From positions 50,592,001 through 50,656,000 of the forward strand of contig CM060734.1 of NCBI GenBank assembly GCA_030704615.1: a DNA stretch of 64,000 bases. Direction: 5' to 3'. Source of the DNA: Takakia lepidozioides (lineage: Eukaryota; Plantae; Bryophyta). Position 1 is the first letter of the stretch. Each line of letters begins with the position of its first letter. The notes below the pieces were generated by a model that saw only the letters and a list, made by a program, of their open reading frames with translations, was not told where the DNA came from and made no database searches. The position numbers and the translations under genes were made by a program. Shown here piece after piece: positions 36,301 to 48,644 of this stretch.

Positions 36301-37035
36301 GCTAATATTTGGCGAGCTTAAGGAGTCTTTGGCAACTTGTTTGAAGGACTTTTTGGGGTCCTTGAGGGCCAAGATTTGGCAGGCTTTGGGGCCCTTAGTG
36401 AGATTGTTTGAGAGACATCTTGAGGGCTCTTGGAGAGTTATTTGAGAGACCCTGAAGGTAGTTATGTCTGTTGGTCATGAGCAAAGAGCGTTTAGAGATA
36501 GGGGGAGACTAGTGGATGAGAGCATTCTGGGATTAGGAATTGCTTTACTCTCTCTTCCCCGTAGTCTTCCACCTCTATGTAGGCCAAAACCTTTCCGTAG
36601 GTGGAGGCAAGAGTCAGTCCGGGTTTGGGCTGGGGTGTCCTTGCAGGAGCGACACTGTGGCGTGTTTTTTTGGTGTGGGGGAGTTACTGTCTTGATTTTC
36701 TTGTATTGGATCCCGCCCACACCTGCATGGTTGACTGTGCGCCATGTCCAGTTTTGTGTGGGCGCTTGTTTTCATTGGAGGTTGGGTCCGGATTTGATGA
36801 CACCGCCAATCCTAGAGCATGCTGTCGGTGGTGAGGCTGGGGTGATGACCAGTTAGACCATCATTGTTTCTCTTATGGTGAGGCTGGATTGATGACCAGC
36901 AGACCATATGAGTGCTTGCAGTGGATGCAGGTGTAGGTTATGGTTACGAACCTAGTAGTCTAAGCCATAAGCTGCAACAGGTTCTCTACCTTGTTACCTT
37001 GTGGAAAAGGGGATTAGAGACAGGTTTACACAGGT

Positions 37036-40000
37036 ATGGTTGTGAGTTTTCATCGCGGAGGTCCACCAGCCGCGAGGGGAGTGCCGGTACGAGCACCAGC
37101 GATACTAGTGGGTACACAAGACAAGGTGTGCGTTTAGGCCACTTTCACCTTCAGTTTCTTCTGAGGAGGTTTCAGACTCGGAGTCAGGAGGATTCTCGCT
37201 GAGGGTGCAAGTCATTCCGTGCCATTGTTGTGGGACACGATAAATGAGATGTATGGAGCTACCAAGGGGCCACGTAGGTACTCTAGAGCTGTGGGCACCA
37301 TCGAGCTTGATGACTTCATACAAGAGTTTGACAGTTGGTGTGATTTCAGCAATGCGCAATCCACAACTGTTTACGCCCTTTATGGCATGGAAGGGGCTAT
37401 TCCAGCCTTGAGGGGCCGCCCATGGATGATTACCATGAATTTAGGCGGGGACATGCGGTGGAGATTGAGGAGTGGCGAGAGTATTGTCACCTACTATGTC
37501 TCAATCAGTAGAGGCACAAATGGCAGCGGTGACATCAGCAGCTACACAAACATCTCCCAACTACAAATACGTAGTGGAACAGAGTGTCGGTACTTCTGCA
37601 GGTGGTACCAGTTCAAAGGTGCTACTACTCCTCCTGCCACGACTACAACACATGTGCCTAGATTCAACCCGGTGGTGAAGTTCTTCCAGGAGTTGCGGAG
37701 GAACTACCAAGTGTATGGACAGAGAAGCTGCGAAGTTTGCAAGACTTCCAGCGCAAATCCAGTGAGAGCTTGCGAGAGGCCTACACTTGTATGAGGCGCT
37801 GATAAGTGTGACCCAAGGGGTTACTGAAGCTCAGGCAGTCCAGTCTGGTATGGATTTTTGACAAGGAGCTCAGGAGAAGGGTGCGGATGCAACCCTGTTA
37901 CAAGCGGCCCAACCCACATTAGCGGATGTGTTTTCTTCTTGGCTTGAGCGGATTGAGCTCAACATGGTGGAGGAGCTAGGGATGGGGGTTAATGCGAGTT
38001 TTTACATTGGATTTGGCAAGACCTGCCCTGCAAGGCGCACTGCCCAGCACCACAGGTACAAGGGACTGCCCAACGGCGTGGTCAGGGGGCAAGGTTGCCC
38101 AATCCAAATTCCATGGAGCTTCAGGGGACCTCAGGTGCGAGGCCAGTAGCTTCGTTTGCAGGCCAACAACAACCAGGGGTGGTATGTTGGACATGTGGAG
38201 GACCCATGCAAGAAAGATTGCCCAGAAAGTGGCAAAGGGCCGGCAACAAGCACAACCTGCAACAGTTGCAGTGTGGTCATTTGTGGCAGATGGGCATGGA
38301 GATGCCCAGTGTTATGACTTGCACCCTGAGTTGCGGCGAGGCCAATTCCAAGAGAACAATGGTGGCCGAGGGCGAGGTGGAGCACCTCAGAGAGGACGAG
38401 GTGCAGGACGAGGGCAAGCACAGTATGGCCAAGGACGTGGAGGTCAGGCGTTGACCAAGGTATGGCCAACCGGCTTCATCAGCTAGAGCAAAGGCTCACT
38501 GCCATGGCCACAACTTAGGTGGTACCAACTCCAAGACCTGAGGGTCCACCTCTTGTTCCTCCTCAGCAGCGTCATCCTGACAGAGGAGACATGGGAGGCA
38601 TAGGATTTATGTGTGGGGCAGCACTACCACTAGTGCAGGTAGAGTCTGCTGCAGCCGTCACCTGAGGAACAGCACGAGTTTCTAAGCTACGAGGTGCAGA
38701 GGTGGAGTTGGATTCACAACGTGGGGAGGCAAGCCGTCAGGCTAGGTTGCCTCAATCATTCATCTTGGCGGAGATAGTGTCGACGACATCCATGGCACCT
38801 AATTCTCGCCCCATGGATACCGAGGCGGAGGTTATTGTGCCATTGGGAAGAGCTACACGTGCAGCACTGACATCTGCTGCCAAGGCTAGTGCAGCCAGTG
38901 TGTTGTTGGGGGTGGCCACCTCTGTGTGTCAGGCCCCACTGTTCTCGGCAATCTTGATTGCGACGCCGGGGGTAAGAGCAGCCGCAGTGTTCAGACTAGC
39001 AGCAACACTCTGTGAGAGTGGGGATGTCACTTCATCTTCTGCGGAGTTAGTGGAAGGTGTAGTGGCAGAGGGATCCTCGGATTTGAGGGTCAAGATTGCC
39101 ACGGCTGCGCCATGGCAAGCTGCAGCTGCCAGGTTGATGGAGCTGCCAGCTAGGCCAGCCTTTGAGCGCGCCATGGTGACACCTGGAGTTGTCTTGTTAG
39201 ACAACCAGGATGACATTTTCTCTTTGAATGGACCGGCAGGCAAGAGGTACCGGCCACTGCGGGTTTTGTTGGACTCGGGAGCTCAGCCACTGATGTTGGG
39301 CAAAGCCGCTATTGCAGGTTTGGGCCTCATGGAGGCGGATATGGAGCCTTGTCCCTTCCAGATACAGATATCTCTGGGAGGATCAGAGCAGGCTCGGGGC
39401 ATGATACGGCGTGAGTTGGCCATTAGACTACAGCCAGATCATCCTGTATATGGCTCAGTGATGCAAGCCAAGGCCATTGTGACAGATGCGGTCTCTTACG
39501 ATGTCCTCGTTGGTGGGGCAATGTTGTATCCCATGGGCTTCACCTTGGATTTTTGGGAGGAGTCAGCATCCTACAGGCCTAGATGGCAGTCAAGGGATGG
39601 TCGTCGTGTACAGCTCCCTGTGACGTTCATTGGGGGTGGTGCTGCTGCCCAACGGGGCAAGATGCCAACACTAGCAGCCTTCACAGCTGCAGTTAGTTGG
39701 CCTGGAGAGTTGCTGGAGGGCAATGCCTATGCAGAGGATGTGTCACCTCCAGCAGAGCAGGATGACATGCATGGTACGGCATAGTTGCCTGCCATGGTTG
39801 CTCCACCCATTGTGGGGTACGAGCAAGGATTTGCAGCAGCTGCTGATAGACGGGTGCAAAAGCCTGGGTAGAGGCCTTTGTACCATCAGGAGAGGAGGAG
39901 AGTGCGGTGATTGCACCAGGACCACCTCAGTTGTCGCCATTGGACACCACCTCTTTGTGTGGCAGTGCCCGGATGAAGGCATATGCCTTCTGGACTTGTT

Positions 40001-41228
40001 TGGCGGGATTAGCACTGGATTGGCTGCAGTGCTACAAGCAGGTGTACGAGTTCGACGTTACCTATATGTGGAGAGGGATGAGACTGCACGACGCGTCTTA
40101 CTACGCCATGTTGCTCAGTTGGTGCAGCAGTACCCTGATTTGTTGCCAGTGTCTGCAGTTCGTGGATACCAACAAGCCTTGCCAGCAGACATCTCCTTGC
40201 TGGGGCGCATGATTTGGAGCGGGTTGGCCCTATTCACTAGTAGTGCAGGTTGGCCCTGCCAAGGGCTTTCATCAGCTGGGTATGGCAATGGGTTACAAGA
40301 CTCAAGGTCACGCCTGTTTTTGGGAGATGTTGAGGGTCCTGCGCTATTTACAGCTTCAGCAGACAGACTCTCCGGCATATATCTTGGAGAATGTGCCATT
40401 GATGGGTGATTCTCGGGCCAAGGCGATGGCCAGTGTACATCAAGTGCGGTCTTGGCTTGGGACAGCAGTATTGCTAGATGCAGCTGCAGTGGGGTCACGG
40501 GCTCATCGCCCACGACTATGGTGGACCAACTTGATACCACCTGCATTGCTCAAGCGTGCATTTGATGGGGTGCAGCGGCCACCAAACCTGACGGAGGATA
40601 GCATTTTGGACATAGGGAGGCAGTCTCAGCGTGTGAGACACGATGACCGATCACCTTTGGCAGTGGTCAATAAGGTGGGCCACCCACGAGCAGCATTGCT
40701 TACACTGCTCAGCTTTCTAGGATCTCATGCTTTCCGGGATGGTGGACCTGGCCTCTTGTGGGATAGCCAGTTGCAGCAGTTAGTGGAGCCCAATGCTGAC
40801 GAGCGCGAGCGGGCAATGGGTTTCACCACTGGTACCACGGCAGTGTCATCTCTTTCTGAGGCATCACGTCGTCAGGTGTTGGGGCAAGCAATGGATCTCA
40901 ATTGCTTGACTTGGATTATCAGCTTGGCTATGGTTGAGCAGCGCAGAGTACGGAGTACACTTCCCTTGATGGTCTCCCTGCCTACCGAGACGGTATAGGC
41001 AGCGAGTGGGGGCGAACAGGTGAGGACCACGAGGTGCACGCCGCATCCATGGCACACGTGGGAGGTGCTCGAGGTTCAAAAGGAGTTGGCAGCCAAGGCG
41101 GGCGTGATGGATGAGGTTGGGATTATTCTCGGGTTGAGGAGGTCCTCAAGGATGGGATGATGGGGCAGGATGAGACATTGTCACTGACAGAGGAGGCAGT
41201 GGTCACTGCTCAAGAGGTTGCAGCATAA
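37036..41228 (+). pseudogene. Copy 2 Gag - protease - C5 methyltransferase ORF, many frameshifts and stops
   Basis: Homologous to 24326-28529. LLDSGAQP, LDLFGGISTG (~39990), AGWPCQG (PCQ at 40254-40262), ILENV, AHRPRLWW, RRQVLGQAM. Confidence 0.92.
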
Positions 41229-44200
41229 CAACCACGAGACGCGTCTTCTACCTCTAAACCTGCTGGACTTAAGGTTGTAGTCACGGAGGACAACTGGGAG
41301 CCTGCTGTTGGACCTATAGTCACCGGAGGAGAAAGACGACGTATACGGCGGTTCTTGAGGGCTTACAGGAACTGCTTTGCCTTCAATTTGAAGGACTTAG
41401 GAGCACTGAAGGGTCAAAAGATTCGCATTGAATTGGCTACTGACACGCCAATCTTTCGGAGACCCTATAGATACAGTGACATGAGAGGTCCTTGATTCAG
41501 ATGAGAACTCAGGACCTTTGGGAGGCTGGTTTGGTGGAGCTATCTGGGGGAGAGTATGCTTCAGCCACAGTGATGCCAGCCAAGAAGGATGTCTATGGCA
41601 ATTGGACGGAGAGACGTATGTGCGGTGATTACCGGCCTGTAAATCGTCAGACCAAGTCCGATACGTACGCCATGCCGACACCAGAGGATATCTTTGATGC
41701 CATTGGGCATGCCAAGGCTTTAGCACTTTGGATTTACGATCCGGATATCACCAGTTGCCGATCAAGGAGGCGGAAAAACAGAAGACGGCATTCTGGGGGA
41801 TCAATGAGCACGGGGATGATTGCCTATACCAGTGGCGGTTCTTACCATTTGGGCTTAAGAACGCTCCGACAGAGTTTCAGAGAGTCATGGACAGGATTCT
41901 AGTAGGGGTGGAGTTTGCTTGGTACTACATAGATGACATCATCATCTTTAGTGCTACGGTGGAGGAGCATGAGAGACATCTTCACGTGATATTTGAGCGC
42001 TTGAGGGCGCACGGATTGAAGTTACATCCGGGGAAGTGCAAGTTTTCCACAACCAAATTGAGTATCTGGGTCACATGATATATCCTGGAGGATTGGGGGT
42101 ACAACAGACTAAGGTAGAGTCCATTGCACAGATTCCACGCCCCACGGATGTGAGCCGAGTTCGAGCTTTCATGGGGTTAACAAACTATTATAGACGGTTT
42201 GTTAAGGGTTTTAGTGCCATTGTAAAGGCTCTAACCAAACTGACCAAGGTGGACCAGGAGTGGGTGGAAGATGAGCAGGAACAAGCTTTCAAGAGCTCAA
42301 GGCAAGGTTGACCTCGGCGCCCATCTTGAGACGACCTATCAGGGGGCGTCCTTTTCAGCTGCATACAGATTGGAGCATGTTGGGGCTTGGAGCGGTGCTC
42401 ACAGGTGGATGATGAGGGAAGAGAGTTCGTAGTGGCTTATGCTAGCCGCTCGAACAACGCTGCAGAGTCTAAGTATAGCTCATATGAGGGAGAATGCTTA
42501 GCTGCAGTGTGGGCCGTGGCACACTTCAAGTGCTATCTATACGGCAATCTCTTCACCCTTGTCACGGATCACCAACCACTCAAGTGGTTGATGGAGTCAG
42601 ACAAGCTTACGGGGAAGCTTGCACGGTGGGCACTCATCCTTCAAGAGTATGACTTTCAGGTTGTGCATGGACCGGGTTTGGTAAATCGGGATGCAGATGG
42701 GTTGAGTCGCAATCCATGCATGAGCCAGCAGAATGATACTGGAGCTCGGGCATGGTGACGGACGAGGAGATGGTGCCCGGATGGCATGCATCTGCATTTT
42801 TGTGTATCTTGGTAGCGGAAGGTCACGTTGGACCTACAATAGGGATGACTGTAGACCAAGTGTCTGAGGACCCTGAGGCCAGCAATGAGCAAGGTGGCGC
42901 CAAAAATATACATGAGGATTCAGCTGTGTTGGATTACCTCCGCACTGGAGACACAACAGCCACTGTGACTGCCAATGAGAGGGATCGGATCCTACAACGA
43001 GCTAAGAGGTTCAAGTGGGAGGGGACACACCTGCTCCGAGTGTGGGAGGATGGTCAAGTGAGGATTGTGCCTCACCCAACATAGCGGACACGGTTAGTAC
43101 GGCATGCCCATGACGAGTTGGGGCATTTTGGGATGCGACGCACTCATAGTCTACTGCAGGGGCAGTATTGGTGGCGTGGTATGCACACAGAGGTGCAACA
43201 ATTTTGTGGCTAGGTGCATGGTGTGTGACAGGGTGCGTGCTTCATTCAACGCCCCTGCTCCACAATTGCACCCTCTTCCGATCATGGGATTGGGCTACAG
43301 GTGGAGTCTTCACTTCGCAGGGGCGTTGCCACTGACCATGCGCCACAACAAGTACGTGTTGGTGATGGTGGAGCACTTCTCCAAGTGGATCGAGTTGGTT
43401 CCATTGCCTGATAAGGCTAGTGAGGGAGCTGCGTATGCATTCTTGGATTGTGTACTTAGCCGATTCGGTGCTCCAGCTGAGGTACTCACGGACCAAGGGA
43501 GAGAGTTCTCGGGGGAGTTTCAGGCGTTGTGTGACAAGGCCTTGGTAGACCACCGCACCACTTCTTGGGATCATCCTGAGGCCGATGGCTTGGCAGAGAG
43601 GGTTGTTCAGACAGTGAAGAGGGGTTTGCGCAAGTATGGCTTGCAGAAGGGATACCTAGGAGATTGGGACCTTCAGTTACCTTGGTTAGCCATGGGCTAC
43701 AGGTTCAGCAAGCAAGTATCACTTGCCTCCTTCTCACCATACTTTTTTCTCTTTGGCCGAGAGCCGGATTTGCTTGCATCCATTTGTAGAGAAGCTGCTA
43801 CAGTTCTCAACCTTGACGATCCGGACATGTGGGCACGTGCATGTGATCAGCGTGCAGATTTGTTCAAGAAAGTCATGCCCATGGCTTTCGAGAACCTTGC
43901 CATTGCACAACATCGTGATACGTTGAGGTATGCTACCATACATGGTGGGGGCTATCGTCCTGGGGTTCGGAGATTTAACCCTGGTGACTTTGTTTATCTG
44001 CAGCAGACTGCTCATACGACCTTGGATGTGACTGCAGGACGTACTATTTTGAGGGTTCGAGAGGTATTGCCATCGGGAGTCCTGATCTTGGAGGGTCGGG
44101 ATGGCATGATTTGGAAGGACCATGTGTGTAATTGCGCGCCATGTCACCTTCCAAATGTTGATGGAAGGGTTGACCCAAACCTGACAGTGGTACCTGCAGG

Positions 44201-44351
44201 TTTGAGGTGCATGTTGTGTGGGTCTGCTAGAGGGGCAGCCACCATGCTGGTGTGTGATCAATGCTCTAGAGGTTGGCATATGGGATGCTTGACTCCACCT
44301 CTTGAGATGGTTCCTGATGGGGATTGGTTATGTCCGCATTGCATTGGATAG
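41229..44351 (+). pseudogene. Copy 2 RT - RNase H - integrase - PHD finger
   Basis: YIDD and RNase H motifs. ORF 43104-44351 shows the integrase core fused in frame to PHD CMLCGSARGAATMLVCDQCSRGWHMGCLTPPLEMVPDGDWLCPHC. Confidence 0.95.
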
Positions 44352-44581
44352 TGGGAGTGGATACAACCATGGAAGGCTAACAAGAAATGCAAGGCCAAGC
44401 TATTAGGAGACCAATACACGAGATCCTGACTCAAGTTCACAGATTGCAAGACGGCGACTAACGATGGGGTTGCTATTGTACCCGGCCTCTTGGTCTATAG
44501 AGTTTGAGTACAATAGGGACAGTGATAGAGGACTTAGTACGGCTGTGGCTATTACACCTAACCACCAGCTAGGGGGGCGAT

Positions 44582-45128
44582 TGTGGTATAGCTTTCTAGG
44601 ATTGTGTGCTTAGATTGTGTGGTGGACAGCAATTTATGTTGTGGCACGATGCTTAGGTGCACGACAACTGTCATGGTTTTAGTCATGGTTATCTAGAATT
44701 ACCTACTTCTAGTTAACTAAGACATTTTAGATATTTATATTTATATTTATATTTTGTGTGTTGGGACTTCATTTGGTTTCACATGCCAAGTGAGGTGTCG
44801 AGCCTCACTTGAGACATGGAGATAGGTTTTCCCCTTGTGAGTGTTGAGGAGGCTCATCTTCTTGTAGTTGAGCCTCCATGAGCCTCTCCCACCTCCATAG
44901 CTCTAGGTATTGAGAGGGAGTGTGGTGAGGGCTTTGTAGGGTGGATTCCCTTAGCAAAGGTGCCTTTGGCTTGACTTAGTTTATGTGATTGAGTGGATTC
45001 ATGAGTGGAGTGTTTCCATTGTGTGTTCACTTCCATTATCTATTGTGGTATAGCTTTCTAGGATTGTGTGTTTAGATTGTGTGGTGGACAACGATGTATG
45101 TTGTGGCACAATGCTTAGGTGCACGACA
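44582..45128 (+). repeat. Copy 2 right terminus: B1' (44582-44666) - AC - A2' (44669-45040) - TAT - B2' (45044-45128)
   Basis: Two 85-bp TGTGG...GACA repeats (5 mismatches) flank the second copy of A'. Confidence 0.95.
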
Positions 45129-46620
45129 AAGGCTTTGGGGGCAGAAGAGAGATGATGTTGATTGAAGCTAGTGGGGAGAGATGCAAGTCTGTGGTGTACT
45201 GAACGACAGGGAGCGAGAGGGAGAGGTGAGGTAGAGGAGACGATGAAAGAGAGGGAACAGCGCTGAGGAGGGGTATCAAGAACGCTGAATGGGGGAGAGT
45301 TGCTGTAGCTTGCAGAGGTTGTCGGCTGCCTATTAGTGAGAGATGAATGAGGGAAGGCTTGGGCCTGTGGGGGAGAGGGAATCCTGAGTGTACAGCTGCT
45401 TGGCGGCTGGAGTTATGAAGGTGATAATAAGCAAGCTTTGATGAAAGCATCAGAGGTGGTCGGGGTGGGATGAAGGGAGGAAGTTCATTAGGCTGTCATT
45501 CCAACTTCGTTTCATCATAGTACCTCAAGGTCCTTACAGGATATGGCACGAATGTAGGTAGTACTTTGTGAGGTGCGCTGTGATTAGAAGCAGGTTGTGA
45601 CGTAGTGACAAGCTTGGATGGCAAGAATGAAAGGACGCCGTTTGGGATAGGGTTCCGAACCGGGCAGAGACAAAGAGCATTCGTTTTGTAGAGTTTTGAT
45701 ATTTCTCTTATCTGAGAAAGGTAGGCGTCTGGAGGGCAGTTTATTGAGAGCTTGAGGGATCAAAGATGCAGATTTCTCTCCGAAGAGACGATGGTGGGTA
45801 AGGATCCGTTGGGCTTCTCTCACCTTCACTCTCTCTCTCACCGCGAAATGCGGAGCTACATGGCGCCCACCGTCACAATCTTTCCGCATATTAAAAAATC
45901 TTTGTTTTTTATATGACATTTGTATGCATTTGACATGTTGTCACGGGAGATCTCCTCTTGTCTTCTCTCCCCTAAACCATCATGTAGTAATCGAAGGATA
46001 TATTACGCCTAAATCGCAAGAAACTACCTATCAAGTGCACAAGAGGTCTCCCTCCGTCAATGCATTTGGACAGATCTCCCCTTATGGGAGATCTCCTCAA
46101 ATGCAAGGGGACCGTCTTGCTATTGTCCTTTATTTTGCAAAGAACAATGCTAGTTTTCCAAACAATCCCCAAAAATCCAAGGTTTTGAGTTTTAATTTAT
46201 TGTTAATACTGCATATAACATTATTTCTATATTTATTCATAGTTTAATATTATTTATTAAATGTCCATATTTCATGTTTATGTCCATATTTACTTAAAAC
46301 TGAGTTATTTCTATGATTAAAAAGGATTTTCCATGGCCCAGTTGCTTGGGGCTGGTGTTTCATTGGAAACAGTATGTATATGTATGATATTATTAAACAT
46401 ACATATATATGTATATTTAAAGGGAAATATAGTATCATACATATATATATTGTTTCCTACATCACCAGCTGCTGGTAGCTCAGTTATTAGGGATGACATT
46501 TCCTGTTGTGTGTATCTAATAAATACGTCCCTTCCAGAAGTTGGGAGTTGGTGCACTTATTAGCTCTAGAATTACTACGGTTATCTCCTCCTATTCGCAC
46601 CTGGTTCCTTGAAGAAAGAA

Positions 46621-47070
46621 AACAAGCAAACATTAAGAAGAACAACCAAAAACATTAAAACAAATTTTTGATAGACAAAAGTCCCAAAATCTTATTCATG
46701 AGTCAAGGCCACTGTCCCCTGTTCTGTAAAACCAAAAACAAAAACAAGCAAACATTAAGAAGAACAACCAAAAACATAAAAACAAATTTTTGATAGACAA
46801 AAGTCCCAAAATCTTATTCATGAGTCAAGGCCACTGTCCCCTGTTCTGTAAAACCAAAAACAAAAACAAGCAAACATTAAGAATAACAAACAAAAACAAA
46901 TAAAAATAAAAATTAAAATTGATAGATTAAAATTCCCAAATTTTTAATAAAATTCATCAGGGCCACTGTCCCCTGTTCTGTGAAAAAAAGAAAAAAGAGA
47001 GAAAGAAAACAAGCAAACCTTAAGAAAAACAAACAGCAACATGAAAACAAATTTTTCATAGCCAAAATTC
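46621..47070. repeat. A-rich tandem repeat, 122-bp unit, 2 near-identical + ~2 diverged copies
   Basis: AACAAGCAAAC.. at 46621, 46743, 46865 and ~47008, with core GGCCACTGTCCCCTGTTCTG. Confidence 0.85.
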
Positions 47071-48644
47071 GGCATCTCACCTCCGGATAATGAAGATCTT
47101 GAAGTGAATTGGCGCCATCGTAGATCTAGAGACAAAATTAAGACACAACTTGACTTTGATTCGCCCAAACGTCAGATAGTGGTTCTTCCTCCTTCTCATT
47201 CAGCTCCTCTCTTAGTCTTCTTGTTTTTCTATTCCATGTTCCTAGCATCTTTTGCCTTTGGCAGTTTTCCTAGACTTTGGTTTGGGGATGGTAGTCCCTC
47301 TGTATTTGCCTCCACGGCCGAGGTTATTGTTTCCTCATCCATGAATTCATTCCAGGGGGGGGAAAACAGATTTTGCCGGAAATCATCTTGGTTTTTGTCA
47401 AAATCTATAATCGCCAAATATGTTTCTCCGACGAACCAATCTCTGTTTCGCAAAAAGAAAAGCTCTAAGAAATCGTATCCACGAAGATTTAGTATGAGAC
47501 ATTATTGGATATCGCATTCACTTCCCGCATAGTAGGTTTCAGTGGCAAAATAACCTGTACTATAGCTAAAAAATATCTAAAAAACACCATTGTTCAAAAA
47601 AGTTTCGCCGACGAACCTCTAAAACTTTACAAATACATTCACAAACAAAAATGCTTTACACAGACATACTGAAAGGGGTTTGAATGGAGTGATCAGAGTT
47701 GTGAGCAGTGCACATGTTAACGCTAATCTTCGTTTTCCTCCTGTTGTGTCTCCCCTTTCTTAATGTGATTTCCAAGGCCTCTGTCCCCTGTTTCCTAAAA
47801 GCAAATATTTAAAAAAATATCTGCAAAAGTAGGGTTATATTGTTAGATTTGGAATAGGTAGTTTCACAAATTTTCTTGCATGAGCACATTTTTGTTTTAT
47901 CATAGTATATTGTGATACAGTCCCAAAATATATGCGGTCTCAAGTCTCAACGGCCTGAGCATGCTTTGAACCTGTTACCCAACCTTGTGAATACATGCAG
48001 AGCTCCTCAAGGTGAAATCTTCTGTAGAGCGAAAGAGGGGTCCTTATGGTTATGTCACAAAACCTCCAATAACCCCCCCTTCCCTATAGAACTTGGCTAC
48101 TCAGGAAAGAGGGACTAAGCAAGAGTAGAACAGAACTAACTAGTGGGACTCTTATCATGAGCTGGAGACTCCAATTTGGTGGACCCATAGAAAGAGTTGA
48201 GGATTAGTCATTTGTTGCTACCATTGGACACATTGATCACTCAATCCAGAGGCTGTCTTTTATTGCCCAAAAACTGAAAGAGGAGATTGTAGCCAGATTA
48301 TAGACCACAAAAGTGAGGAACCGATGAGTAATAGAGAAACCCAGGATATGCTATTTCTGTACAAATGGTTTTTCCTATAATCCAATGGATAAAGAGCTCC
48401 AAATCAGCCCCTTGGTAACTGACTCCCTCTCCCTCCCTCCCTCTTCGTCTCTCTCGTGTGTCCCTTCGTGTCCCGGATTGCAGTGTTTAGTGCGTTATTC
48501 GCATGTTTGTGATCGAATGAGTATGTTGCGATCCGTTTTCAACAGAACCCACATCTCCATTTCCTCAAATTTTACAGTATAGTGTGGCGCTTCGGCTCTG
48601 TAACGGTTTGCTTTCTCCGTATCCTCTTGCACCATCCTCCAACA

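Larger units (their letters stand above)
34134..45128 (+). mobile_element. Ty3/Gypsy retrotransposon copy 2 with C5-DNA methyltransferase and PHD finger; split/permuted termini A'...B'-A'-B'
   Basis: TGTC...GACA ends, 4-bp TSD AAGG (34130-34133 / 45129-45132), same domain order as copy 1, PPT AGGGGGGCG at 44571-44579. Confidence 0.95.
15333..45850 (-). mobile_element. L1-clade LINE retrotransposon, decayed and split by three LTR insertions (LINE pieces ~15333-19560, 20205-20776, 32444-34133, 45129-~45850)
   Basis: ORF2 (APE + RT) and ORF1 (CCHC knuckle) lie on the minus strand. The reading frame rejoins across the 20777-32443 insertion (..gac gcc aca acc agc..). Outer boundaries are approximate and no poly(A) or TSD was identified. 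Confidence 0.8.

Noticed and set aside
20777-45128. DIRS/PAT/Ngaro tyrosine-recombinase retrotransposon (suggested by split direct repeats plus a methyltransferase)
   Set aside because: No tyrosine recombinase ORF seen. The elements encode an aspartic protease and an rve-type integrase, have a PPT and 4-bp TSDs, and the MTase is C5-type rather than the adenine-type MTase of DIRS.
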